DNA of 64,000 nucleotides from Paramecium tetraurelia (Eukaryota): NCBI GenBank assembly GCA_000165425.1, contig CT868474.1, positions 310,001 to 374,000 of the forward strand, read 5' to 3'. Shown piece by piece: positions 41,041 to 54,112 of this stretch (position 1 is its first letter; each line of letters starts with the position of its first letter). The notes under the pieces were generated by a model. It saw only the letters and a program-made list of their open reading frames with translations, ran no database searches and was not told where the DNA came from. The position numbers and the translations under genes were made by a program.

Positions 41041-42239
41041 ATTATCTTATATAATATAGAAAATTTTAATTATCATCTATTTTTATTACATTGATAGTGA
41101 TTAATAATTTGATGTTATTATAGAAATCTAAACTTAATGAAATCTATCCTATTTTGACATGAAATGAAAGTTATTCGAATTTAAGTTTAAATCCAGAATT
41201 TTTGTGATTATGAAGTTCTATATTTGTTATCATATAATATTATTGATAATTACTAAGAAATTTGAATATGAAAGACATTATTTTAGAGATCACTTATTGA
41301 GATGTTATGAATTCTAATTCCCATTCTGCATTCCTAATTCAACTAATACTTGGGAATACATATACAAAATTCCAGAAATTGATGAAACTATAGTATAGAT
41401 TTACTCTATTAAAAGCATCAAGAAATGATTGATAATCCATTCGAAACTAAATCTGATAGTTTCTACTTTGTTGGAGATTAATTAGTTATGCAGAATAAAG
41501 CTGAATATGATTACTCTGAATGAAATAATTATATTGGCATTTATTTGTAATAAGAATCATTATTTTTATTTAGCTTCTCCTTTCTTTTTTTATATTTTAA
41601 TCTTTATATTTATCTCTAATTTGCCATTGGCCTTTCATTTATGTAGTCAACCTTATATATATTTTAAGCTTGTCTATTTTTTATAAATCCTTTATGAATT
41701 CTATTTTTCTTAATAGGCCAATTCTTCTAACACTAGTAAAATATATATCGCTATATTTTAGTAACCCAATCTTCACAAATTTTTCTGATTATATTAACTC
41801 CAACAAAAATAATTAAGTTTTTTTATTTTTGATATAATTCATAAATCTAAATTCATATTATTAATTACAGATGGAAAACTACTGTTCCTCTGTAGATTTT
41901 TTGTTTTATTTTTCTATTATTAATTATTATTTTATAAATATGTATTTTCAATAATCCAATTCAAAATTAAATATAATTAGGAGTTTCTATAATAGGCTTT
42001 TAATATATAAACAACATTAATAAATGATAAAGATAAATACCCTTAATCAAAAAGAAATTTTATATTTTATTATTATCTAGATGATTAATGATTATTCTCA
42101 TTAATTATTACTCATTTTTATGAGCAGGAGTTTTACAACGTCATTGCTAATATTTATCCAAAATTGTTTAACATAAATTAATTTAAATTTTATATTATAA
42201 AATCATTTTTGTTTTAATTTACATGTCTATTCATTTATT

Positions 42240-44240
42240 ACTTAATTTAATCCAGCTGATTCGTAATTGTTATAAGTATTATAATCTTAATAATAATAAT
42301 CTTCTTCAAATAGAGATCTTTCTTCCCTATCTTTAATTTAATCCAAATCATAATTTAATATCTTACCTTGAAACAATATCTCCATAATTTTTTTTTTCTT
42401 TATAGTATAATCCTTATCTTCTTTGTCGTAATATAATACAAAAAACTAGTTGTCATATTCACGTGTCTCAATCTCGACAAAAATTGGTTAAGAGATTAAT
42501 GTAGTGTAAAGCAAATATTCTTTAGACACAATTAACTGTTAAATAATGTACTTAAATGTTTAATTTATCTTACTATCGATCATAAAAGTATCACAATCAT
42601 ATGGACCAAATTACCTTCCACATTCACATATAGGATCATCATTTAATTCTAATTTGATAAAATGTTTTAAATTATCCTACCAATCATCATCATTTAAACA
42701 TATAACACTTTAGTAATAATTTATTGGATTTCTGATATGGAATTCCTAAAATAAATATAAATATTCATATCTATATTTCGGGTACTTATTAGTATTTTCA
42801 AATGCAACAAATCCTTCATAATAAAATCCTCCTGGCTTTCTGGAATTCTACACAAATAACCCTCTTCTTTTTTCATATTTTATTTTGTATTAGATATTAT
42901 TTTTCGTAAATTATGAACTTATTTTTTTACCAAAACTCGTCCTTTTTGTTTTGAGTTAGTTATTAATCTCAGCATTAAATAATTCTAACTGAATTTCATC
43001 GTTTTTCTCAAACAAAACTACTTAAAATTGCTTTAATTTTTTTTATTAAATAGCTGTAGAAATTGTGTTATGAAATAGGCTATTTTTGATTAAGAATTGT
43101 ATTTTATGATCTATTTTATGGAAGTAGATAGTTTCTTTATTATTTTCTATTTTACAAATTCCAAAATTAAGCTAGTGTGGATATAGAAGTATTTCAAACT
43201 TAGCATTATTCTGATGTTTTCTAATCAAAAGCTATCGGAGTTTCCAGAATAATAATATAACATAATATTCATCCGCATCTATTTTTTATATTTCATCCAA
43301 GGCATTTTCTGATTTTGAAATTTTCTCAACAATTACCCAGAAATCACAAAATAAAGGGTTTAATATCAGTTTATCATAAAATAAAGTTTTAAAAGGAATT
43401 TTAAGTGCTTGATTCTTTACAACATCAAATGACATTTGCAATTTAAAGGCATTAGGAACAATTACTCCCTTTATTTATTTCAATTAATCTTCACATAATT
43501 TTTTAAAAGCTTTTCTTGCTGCTTCAATTAGCTTTTTTAATTATTATTTGCGATATTTTGGTTATTCCAATTGAATGTCTTCAGAAGTATCAAGCTCAAA
43601 GACTTAGCCGTAAGAACATGTTGTATTGAGGTGATTAAGAATTTTTTTTATTAAATCTTCATCTTTCGACTAAGAATTGATCATATTACTACTAGTTAAT
43701 AATTGTATTTTATTATGTGCATTTACCATTTTTAACATTATAAATATAAATATATATGAATGCAGAGTTTCTCTAAATGTAACAAGTGATTCTGATCGCT
43801 GTCTATTTAAATGGCAGTTTAGAATCATTTTAAATCGTTTAAATATCTCTTACCTAAATTTGCTTTGGCTAGTTTATTCTCTTGATTCTACATATTGTTC
43901 ATTCTTTTTCATTCTAAATATTATAGCTTATATTTAATACTTCCTTTTCACCAAAATATCTGAACCAAAGTGATTTCTTGAATTAGGTATATTTGTAAAG
44001 ATCTTAAATGCTCAACTTTACTGATTTAACATTCTTAATTTAAATATCACTTAAAAAATCTTCATATATTTGAGTTTAAGATAAGTTGATTTTCATTTAA
44101 CTTTTCTCTGCCTAAGAATGGATTCAATAATAATTCTAATTTGAGATTATACTTTAATTCATTAGTTATTTTTTGGTTAATTATTATTGTAAATATTGCT
44201 TGAGATTAAAGATTACTTTATTTAAAGTAACATCCTTCAT
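42240..44240 (-). CDS. Hypothetical protein, possibly degenerate
   Basis: Long code-6 open stretches on the minus strand with Cys clusters (CSNAL.CKCH, PICECG). The ends could not be resolved and coordinates are approximate. Confidence 0.35.
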
Positions 44241-44269
44241 TATTACTATTATTAATATATTTAGTCCTC

Positions 44270-45240
44270 ATTCAAAATGGATGGTCCTTCAATGTTTTTA
44301 TTTTGAATCTGAAGAAAATTTTATCATATAATTAACAATCAGTTTTCTACTTATTGCTTGGCTTTTCAATTGTTAACTTAATAAAAGAATGAATTTTTAG
44401 ACAAATTCGCATATTTGGTTGAAAACTAAGCATTTTATAGGATTTGACTTTATTTTTTTTTTTACTTTTTTAATAGAATTAATAATAAACTATCATTCCA
44501 AATTTAAGGGCATTTTAATCATCTTCTTCCAGCACTCATCTATAAGAATGATTCCTCTAATTTGGATCTCTTAATTTATTACACAAATTAAAAGCATATA
44601 AGTTATATCCATTGAATGCAGTTGGAAAAAACATGCCTAATAGGGCACTTATTTGTAGCCATGATGCATTGATTATAAACATTCCAACTAACATCAAAAA
44701 CATAAATAACTAAGCGAACCAATATATTCTGCTATGAATCATTTGAACTTCTCCTTTCTATTAAGATGAAGTCTCAAAAACCCAACTCTCATTTCCAAAA
44801 TCGATCAACCCACCAACGTAGTCTGACTAATTTTCCTAATTTAACTATTTTCTTATAGCTTTAATTATCCAAAAATCTATTGAGTCCAAAACTATAATTG
44901 TTTCATATAGCCTCTGATATTAAGGAGTAAAATATAGAGTATCAGAATAATAAATTTGAAAATGAAGCATAGCATACATCATAAAGGATTAGGAGATTCA
45001 AATATGTCTATATTTGCACTCTAAAACAGTTCATAATTAGCAAATGCTAAAGGATTCAAATTTACACTCAATCTCAACTAATATTATTCTTTCTCATTCC
45101 AATATTGTTTTGCATTTTTAAATTCATCCTTCAGTGATTTATGATGGATTCAGCTATGCTAGGACCTTATAAACCTCCTAATTAAGGGGGTTTTATGAAA
45201 TTTAATGGAGACTGTTCTTCTCTGGTTTGATTGATATAAC
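44270..45240 (-). pseudogene. Golgi membrane protein TVP23/FAM18-like pseudogene
   Basis: Motifs DSIDFWIIK, KLVRLRWWV and GNESWVFET are characteristic of TVP23. There is an in-frame TGA (PNPL*CMLCFIFK) and apparent frameshifts. Ends are approximate. Confidence 0.6.
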
Positions 45241-45426
45241 AGTTAATTAATAATATTATAATATTGTAATTATTGTAGATAATGACAATCTAATTGTAAT
45301 TATTAATTTAATTTGAGATTTCTTGATAGTTTTCTTACTTATATGAAATAGGATAAAATTGCTTTATAATCAAAAAGAGACGTAATTTTGTATTAATAAA
45401 TAATATAAAAAATTTATTAATCAAAT

Positions 45427-46209
45427 ATGGATTAATAAGTATAAGAGACATAGATGCATTATGAAATAATTATTAGTGAAGTGATTATCAAGTTAAAGAA
45501 AAACTCAGATAAAGGGTAACTATAAATGAGCGAGTCTGAGATATAAACTTTTAAAGATGTATAAATTTTTAAATACTTTTTAGCTTTGGTAAAGTAGTTT
45601 AAAAGCAATTTAAAGCGGCTAAGAATATAGATTGAAAACAAAAGTGTCTCCTTAAATAAAGCAAAATATTGACGACCCTATCGAACAAGAACCTGCTATA
45701 GTTAAGAAAATTAAAACTAATGTAGATACTTAAATCATAAAAAAAGTTTATATTCACCCTATCTTTATTTTAGGAAGAAGCTGATGTAGAGTTCACTGAT
45801 GACTCTGGGGATGAAACTAGTTCAAAAGAAGAAAAAGTTGAGGATTTGAAAGCATCGAAATATTTGGATTACCAAATCTCAAAAAATGAGAGTTTGAGGG
45901 AGAAAACCCTGTTTGACAAGATTAGAGAGTTAGATCAATTAAAAAATCTTATAAAAGTGGAAGAAGAAGATGATGGCGAGACAGAAGAACCAAGAGTATT
46001 TGATACATAAGTCTATGCATAAAAAATTAACACTGAAAATGCAGTTAGTCGTATAAGAGTATTCTTACTTCTTTATATAGCCAAATAAATCTCAAAAAAT
46101 GAGTTTAGAGTATGTTCTTATACGAGAAAAAAACAATTAGGAAGCCATATATCCGTAAGCTCAATTGTTATTTAATTTTAAAACTAATAAGAAAAAAAAC
46201 TCTTAATGA
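45427..46209 (+). CDS. Probable divergent TFIIA large (alpha/beta) subunit
   Basis: The N-terminal YEIIISEVI...ESEIQTFKDLWQSSL resembles the TFIIA-alpha helical pair (Y..VI.DVI...L..LW..KL). An acidic linker and a beta-strand-like C-terminal segment follow. Three short introns. Confidence 0.5.
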
Positions 46210-46253
46210 AATTGTATTTATTTTTTGTGATTTTGTTTTAATTAAACAATTTT

Positions 46254-46510
46254 CATTAAAATTGCTTTTTTTCACATTCTTTCTTCCATCCTTTACAAAT
46301 ACTCATGACACCTTCCATTCCCTCTTCTCCTTTTAATCCAGTTTCTAATTTTGACAAGAATTAAGTTAATTTGTCATTCTCATCTTTGTTAAGTTCTTTT
46401 TTGTATTCATACAAATAGTATTCTTTTCCATCCACTTTTGCAGAACTTATCTAATACTGTATTTCGTCTATTTAAAATTCCTCATCTTCTTTTTTTATTT
46501 ATTAATCCAT
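46254..46510 (-). CDS. Small acidic hypothetical protein (3' end unresolved)
   Basis: ATG at 46510 gives MDQQIKKEDEEFQIDEIQYQISSAKVDGKEYYLYEYKK... I found no clean in-frame TGA before the convergent gene. Confidence 0.4.
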
Positions 46511-46619
46511 CTATTTTATATTAATATTATTAATATTGAGTAAATTTTATCATAAAAATTGATACTCATAAATATAAGAATTTTTAATTATTCTGTGAAT
46601 AAATCTCATTAAATAAATT

Positions 46620-47255
46620 ATGGAATGCAATTTGATAATGATTGGAGATCAAAAGGTTGGAAAGTCCTCCATTTTGTTAAGGTTTGCATATGATTACGCA
46701 TAATATAGGTTGTCCACAAACTAATTTTCTGATTCGTATGAACCAACTATTTGGGCTACAGTCAAAAAAAAAATCGACATTAATAACATCTCAATCAATT
46801 TGAATTTCACAGATATCTGTTGTCAAGAACATTATTTGTCAATTAGAAAAAACTCTTATATTAACAAGGATATTATTATAATTGTTTTTGATATCAATTA
46901 GATTGCAAGTTTCCATAATGTTTTATAACATGTAAGATATATACTAATCATAATAATTAGTGGAACTAAGAGACTTGTCAACTTAAGAATATAAAAAAGA
47001 TAATTATAGCGAATAAAATTGATCTGAGAGAAAATGATGAGTAGATTGAAGATTATAAATTATAAGTAGAGTATATCTTAGCTTAAGGTTAAAGAATCAT
47101 TCAAAGATTGCCATTTTTTCTCCTGTTCAGCCAAAACTGGAGAAAACATAGATGAGGTCTTCAAAGAAATAGCGAAAATCTTAATAGAATCATCACCAAA
47201 GAAGAAAGAGGAACAATTACATAGAGAAGAATTTTGTTCTTGTTTAATATTTTGA
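46620..47255 (+). CDS. Ras-superfamily small GTPase, atypical, with CaaX
   Basis: G1 GDQKVGKS, G2 YEPTI, G3 DICCQE, G4 NKID and G5 SAK, with C-terminal CSCLIF-TGA. Three short introns. Confidence 0.85.
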
Positions 47256-47357
47256 TATATTTATTTATTTTCTTCATCCATAATTTGATAATAATATTTC
47301 AATAATAATAAATATATATATAAATCATATTAAAAAGTAAAGGAAAAGAGTTGATAT

Positions 47358-48927
47358 ATGATATTCAAATCTAACGAGGAGAATGATAATAATATTTTAC
47401 AATTCTTAACTATGAATTAGATGTAATTATGAATGTGCAAATATATTTAATAGATTATTGAAAGGATATTTTCATTAGGAGTATACTTTATATTGAGAAT
47501 ATTTAATAGTCACATAATGTTATAAATAAAACAACTTATGTGCAAATTTTCTCATCAGAATTTTAAATAGAAACAGTATCAATATCATTAAATTTTTTTG
47601 TATAAGAAAAAAGATATATTTCTAAATTACCAACGTGTTGCTGATATCTTATAAAGCTATTGAATTTCAAAGCAAAAAGTTGAAGATTCATATAAAGATG
47701 TGATTCTAAATAAGCCATCAATAATTAGTTTGCTTTGAATTTCTGAATCCTATCCTAATAGTTTGTTATACAATTGTTATGAACATCATTGTAATTATAT
47801 TTTTCAAATATCAATTCAAGAAAATTCATAATTGTACAAATATTGTTTTAATATAGTTTGTATTGATGATTTATTCTCTTATACCCTTATATTAATATTA
47901 TTATTGTTTAAAATCTATATGATAGAAAATAGTTAACATCAAATAAATTATTTTTGTCATCTTCATAATCAAATAAAACTACCAGTCACAGAAAACATGG
48001 ATATTAAAATGCTTGGATTTAATACAAAATCATCTATCTTAGTTATAGGTAAAACAGATGGTAACATGTAAATTTTTTAATTTAAATGTGGGGATTTAAA
48101 ATTTATTAAAGAATTATATGGTCAGAGATCAATAGCTTCTAGTATAATTTTTACAAGGAAATCAAATCAAATTATATTTGTGAATAATAAGATGTAAATA
48201 TATTCTGAGGTTGGTATTGCTCGAGGATCTCATATATTTCAAAGTGATTTGCATAAACCGAATTGTTTAATACTCAATAAAGATGAGAATTTATTAATTT
48301 ATTCTAGAAATGATAGAACTATTAGATTGTTGAGGAAACATAATAATTAATGGAGTTTTGATTAAAAATTTGAAGTTTCTCACTATGGCTATATAATAAG
48401 TTTAAGTCTTAATGAGTCTGAAAATTTTTTAGTATGCTTATCTGAATTTGAAAATAAAATTTTTATTTGCCAAAAGAATCAATTGACAAATAAGTGGTCT
48501 ATCTTTTAAACATTATATTATAAGGAGAGTCAGGCATTGTAAGCTTGTTTTGTTAACGATTCTATCTTTATTTTATAATTATACAGAGAAGAAAATTTTC
48601 GATTTTTTCATCAGAATTAAGGGAATTAACGCTTTGAACTATTTAAACCAATAATATAAGATAAATAATGTAACTCACTTAAAATTCCTCAACGATTTTA
48701 GTTGTAAATGATATAATAAAAATAATTTTTAATGTATCGATGTATCGAAAAAGATAATTGTATCAACCTATTATTGATTAAGCAGCTAAAATAGTTTTGA
48801 ATTACAAAGGCTGATTCCTCTAGTTGATTCAAATTTCATCTATAGAGCAACAGATGATGGTTAGTATTTATTAATTTGGTAAAAAAATTATAATATACTA
48901 CTCGTATTACTTTTGAAGGAAAGTTGA
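47358..48927 (+). CDS. Divergent WD40-like beta-propeller protein, 5' part degenerate or uncertain
   Basis: WD-like repeats run from about 47970 (LGFNTKSSILVIG, SLSLNESENFLVC, ATDDGQYLLIW) to TGA at 48927. The upstream frame is not clean. Confidence 0.5.
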
Positions 48928-49075
48928 ATCATAATTTAATGCTTCTATTTATAAGATTTGAATCCTTGATATTTTCAAATGTATTTGAAGTTTTCAATTA
49001 ATTAGTTTAGAATTAAATGATCCCTAAAGCTTTCTCAAATTTTCATGATCTTATTCTTTTATTATTAAATATTTT

Positions 49076-50101
49076 ATGAATTAACTATCTTTTTTAGAAA
49101 ATAATGATAATATTGAATAACCGATAAGTTTGAACCTAATAGATAATACAAATTAATAAAGAGATTTTTGTTATGCATTATCATTTAATAATGATAACAC
49201 AATTCTTATTACAAACTCAGAGAATTTAATATTAATATGGAAGTTCGAATTTGGTAAAATGGAATTAATCTAAAGCGTTTCTGGACACACAGAAGATGTT
49301 AATTGTTTAATATTTAGTAAAAAGACCAATAATTTTATCTCAGGATCAAACGATAATTGTATTAGATGTTGGAAATAAGTAAGTTCAAAAGAATGGGTAA
49401 GTTCATAAGAATTTGAACGTAATAGTTATATATACACATTAAAATTGAATAATAAAGAAAATCAACTTATCTCAGGTAGTTTTCATGGTTAAATAAATGT
49501 GTGGAATTTAGATTTTGATAGTGGTGAGAATGAATTGAAACTTATTTAATCATTAGATAAACATACCAGCACAGTCTATGATTTAAGTTTGAATTAATCT
49601 GAAACTTAATTTATCTCATGTTCTAAAGATAATACAATAATAGTTTGGGGATTAGGATTAAATAATTATTGGGAATTTAAATATATTGTTAAATAATCAA
49701 TAGATGATTTTGGATGTAAAGTTCATTTTATTAATGATGATTAATTTATTTGGGTAAGTGGAGGTTAGGAAAGCTAAGATTGTATATACACCTTTGGATT
49801 AAATAAAGGAGTATTCGAAGAAATTCCAGAAGCCAAAGTTTAGCTAATAAAGGATATAACTAATTTTGACATATTTTAATTTCCTATTATTTATTAGGAA
49901 TAGCAAAATATTATGATAATTCGACATAAAACACATATCTATGTTATTTAAAGACAATTGAATGGAAAATTTAAGATATGTTATCAATTAAATTATTAAA
50001 CAAACGTGATCTTTGGAACATTAACAAATGATTCTAAATATTTAGTAGTCAAAAGTAATACTAACAATAAATATATGATTTATGAAGTAATATTAAATTG
50101 A
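49076..50101 (+). CDS. WD40-repeat protein
   Basis: Intronless 342-codon frame with GHTEDVNCLIFS..FISGSNDNCIRCW and KHTSTVYDLSLN..FISCSKDNTIIVW. Confidence 0.85.
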
Positions 50102-50226
50102 ATAATCATATTTTAATCAAACACTTTAATACTCGCAAAATTCAACTACATATATTTTCTATACAATTTTAATAGAATTATAATAATATTTTATATAAAA
50201 TAAAACAACTTAGCCCAATAATTTAA

Positions 50227-50898
50227 TTAAGTTAATGTAAGATCGTAAGTAAAGAGCAGATTCATTAATTGGCCAGAAAGGATGACATCGTTATCTATGG
50301 TGAAAAATCTAATAATGCTGGTGGAGCTGCTGGTTGGCATAAGTAAGGCTATTTTGTGCAAGATCCCAATGATGATGCTGGTATAATTACAAATGGATCA
50401 CATGTTGGAGGGATAATTAAAGTTGGATAAACAGTTTACGTTTACATACTCCTGGGGCTAACAGTGAAAATTCCATCAAAGCATACCCATCAGATTTTAT
50501 AAAATATTTTATAAATTATGGAACAGAAAGAAAGTTATGAATAAACAATCAAAATTTTATCAACATAATTATTAAAATAAAAAACGCATGGATGTATAAC
50601 AACTATTTAACTAAAGTTGGACATAATAATTACAAATTTAATATCCTAAAAAGGGTTGACTTATACAACAGAAGTTTAAGAATATTGTATCCTTGACTTT
50701 CATATAGGCTCCATTTTTAGTCAAATGAGCTGTTGGAATAAACATACCAGCAATTAAAGCTTTTTGGTTTTAGTGTAATATAAGGCATTTGATGGATCAG
50801 TTTTAGTCAAAGAAATTTATTACTTTTACATAATTTGTCTTATTTAAACCTTGATTTTATCTGCTGATTTTAAACATCGATAATTAATGAAATTTTGA
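50227..50898 (+). pseudogene. Decayed gene fragment, Gly-rich N-part and S/T-alternating C-part
   Basis: Reads DDIVIYGEKSNNAGGAAGWHKQGYFVQDPNDDAGIITNGSHVGGIIKVG...GLTYTTEVQEY..LDFHIG. No start codon was found and the best-looking peptide switches frame. Confidence 0.35.
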
Positions 50899-50939
50899 TA
50901 TAACCAATCAGAACTTTCATTGTGATCTTTAAATTATTA

Positions 50940-52098
50940 AACAAATTTAAGAATATAATGTGATCTCCATCTTAATGTATAAATTGATATCTAGCCTCAT
51001 CAGCTTACTATTATTAATCCTTTGGTATTTAGAATACTTTTTTTTTGTACTTACTCTAAAATTATATTTTTTACTACCGATTTCTCTAATATCAGTTTTC
51101 TAAAGTTTTGATTTGGTAAATGGTAAATTCTTATCAACAAACATTATTTTAGAAAATTAATATTTTATTATATTTTTGGTAATAATTTCAATGTAGCAAT
51201 CATCTAAATATATATATATAAAGCAATCATTGTCCATTAATTTCCATAAAAGCTACTTTTTATTGTTACTACTTTTCAATTATCTTTTATAAGTTTGTCT
51301 GTGTTCCTCTTAGTTTTCTAAATTTAAATTAAAATTTACTTTCTTATTTTGGAATTGTCTTATTTTATTTCATCTAGTTCATGAATCAGACCAGATACAA
51401 ACAATAGCGATTCACTCCTTGGATTTGAACTGAAATGAGTATGAGTTTTAGATAGAGTAGTTTTTGTGCTCCTTAAAGGAGATGATTGCATAGTAAATTA
51501 TTTACCAAATGCGGTCAATCCTGCAACATCTGGTAGACTTGAAGCCCATTTCTTAATGATATCTTTTCGTAGTTTCTTTTCAGCATCTTTAGTTTCTAAT
51601 TTCTTCTTATACTCAAATTCAGTTTTTGATGTAAACTTGTAAGAAGGAGGGACTTCTTTTTTATCATCTTGTTCTTAATCCCATTCCCAATGAGCATACC
51701 TTCTAAGAACTCTTTTGGAAGGTTCTAAACTTTTTTAAGTTAATATAATTACTGAGATTATTTGAGATATTTATAAAGATCGAACTTTGGTATTAACTCG
51801 GTTATTTACATAGAACCTATTCTTGTTCTTGTACATATTCCTTTTAAGACAGGGCCAAGTCTTCTTGTCATCGATCAATTCTTATTATCTAAATGCAAAT
51901 TTAGCAAATGTGACTTTACGATCTTGAAGTGTTGATTTCAATTCGTTAAATTCTGAAACATTTTTTTTAATATGAGATAGTTGAACAAATTTTTAAGCAG
52001 ATTTTTCATCATTGATAGTCTTACCTTCAATAACATCTTTCAATCGATATTTACTCTAAGATTAATACTAAGCTAATTACCTTTTTGATGTTTTGCAT
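50940..52098 (-). CDS. Hypothetical basic protein (3' end approximate)
   Basis: ATG at 52098, short introns and an open frame including RRYAHWEWDQEQDD and KKWASSLPDVAGLTAFG. Confidence 0.55.
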
Positions 52099-52559
52099 AT
52101 TAATAAATATAAATTTGTTATAATCATAATATTAATATTAGAATTATCGAATATATATGATATGCAAGAATAATATTGTAAGTTTCAAAATATTCTTAGA
52201 AACTATTTAAATGTACATATTTCTTGATTTTAAATAATTTCAGTGTCTATTTTTTAATTATTTCTATTCTGACATTCTTCGCAAATTTGTTATTTATTTC
52301 CATTTTAGCATTTTCTAGTATTAATTTAAGAAAACATACGCAATTAAAAGAAATATAATCAAAAGATGAAGCTCATTTATTAATAGATTAATTTTTGTTG
52401 TGTTATCACTATAAAGGCTCATTGTTCTACAGTCTTATTTTATTTACTTATAATAAAGTAAGCATTAAAATCCTATTTCAAATTTGAGATTAATCTAATG
52501 ATATTGGGTTTTATACTCTTTGGACCTGAATATTGAAAATTATTGATAATTATATAATT

Positions 52560-54038
52560 ATGTAATTAAATTATGAAATTCTTCAAGAAATTTATTCAAG
52601 TCCAAGAGTGAGGATTTAGAAAGTAAGATCATTGCAAGATAACCAGACTTATATTTAAAAAACATATCTATAAAATAAAAATGAAGGTATAGTTTATAAT
52701 GATTGTGAGGATTGAATGCAATTAAAATGTTAGCTCAAATTAAGAATCAATTTGTATTATAAGTGATTGAATATCTAGAAAATGAAGAACAACAATTAGT
52801 TATAATATAAGAATACTGTGATTAAGGGGATCTTAAAACATTTACTTTACAACACATCGGTTACAGAATGCAAGAAAGTATAATTTGGTCTCTTTTCTTG
52901 CAAATGGCATATGTTCTTTTGTAATTAAATGAACTAGGGATACAACACAGAGTATTAATTCCTGAGAATATTTTACTACTAGTCAGAACTGAAGGGTATT
53001 AGATTCGAATTACCGATTTTCACAAATCATCAAGACAGACTCTCTGTTAATCCCCCTGTGCTGCTATTTATTTACCATATGAATACTTTTTTGAAGGACA
53101 TTACACTCAAAAATCACAAATCTGGTAAATTGGTCATATCTTGTATTATATGGTATCACAAAATTTGCTATTCCCAACATCGACTCTAGAGAGTCAAGTG
53201 AAGGAACAATTACGAAGAGGTCGAATCTAAATCAATATCCCTGATACCTATTCTCCAGGATTAATATAACTAATCAATGTCTGTTTGACAATAAGAGAAA
53301 ATCAAAGACCCAACATATTGTAGATTTTGAGGATGAAGGAAGTTAGAGAAGCTTTGGCAAGACCATATTATGAATTTTCATTGGATTAAAGGAGACATCT
53401 TATGTATTGGATTAATAGTTCGGAGACTGCTATTTCCAATCCAATTCAATACTCTTTTAATGAATTTGATTTGCATTCTCCAAGACAGATTCAAAAAGAT
53501 GTAGTTGTCAAGAAGAATTTCAAAAATACTAAATTACCTGAGATCTTCTAGCAAAATTAAAATGCCAAAAAATCATCGACTGACAGATTTCCAGAATCTG
53601 ATAACGCCAAAAGTGAAATCAAGAGAAAGGAAGATATGTATTTACAATAATAATTGTTGTCGAAAACCTATACAAATAAATATATCTAAGGTGTTGTCAA
53701 ACCCATCAGTTTTCATAAGAAACAATAGGCAATTGCTAGTACTGAATTACCTAAATTTTCCATTCCTTATTAAAGATAATTAGACCCTGTGTTCTAAAAT
53801 CTTCTGGAGAATAAAAAATAAGTTTGTGATCAATGGATCGGAGAAACTGAGTATATGTTCTTACGATCTTAGATTAAATTTAATGTATTGTATCATAATA
53901 GGTTTCTAGAAAACTGATAAATTACTCAATTACTTGCAAACAAAACATCCCAGAATTGACGGTAGTTTCATATTATAATAAATCAATGACATAGCGGATT
54001 TAGAAGAGCAGAGGAACCATTAGAAATTCAAAGTCTGA
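52560..54038 (+). CDS. NEK-like pseudokinase with basic C-terminal extension
   Basis: IIQEYCDQGDL, ESIIWSLFLQM and YSPGLIQLI...QRPNI are NEK-like. The catalytic loop reads HRVLIPEN, DFG is DFH and there is no Gly-rich loop. Confidence 0.75.
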
Positions 54039-54112
54039 AATGTTATTTAATTTTAAATATTATTATGTGTCAAAAGCAGTTAAAATAAACTTATATATTA
54101 TTTATAATATAA

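Noticed and set aside
41060..41850. Minus-strand coding-like stretch
   Set aside because: An early in-frame TGA follows the candidate ATG and no domain is identifiable.
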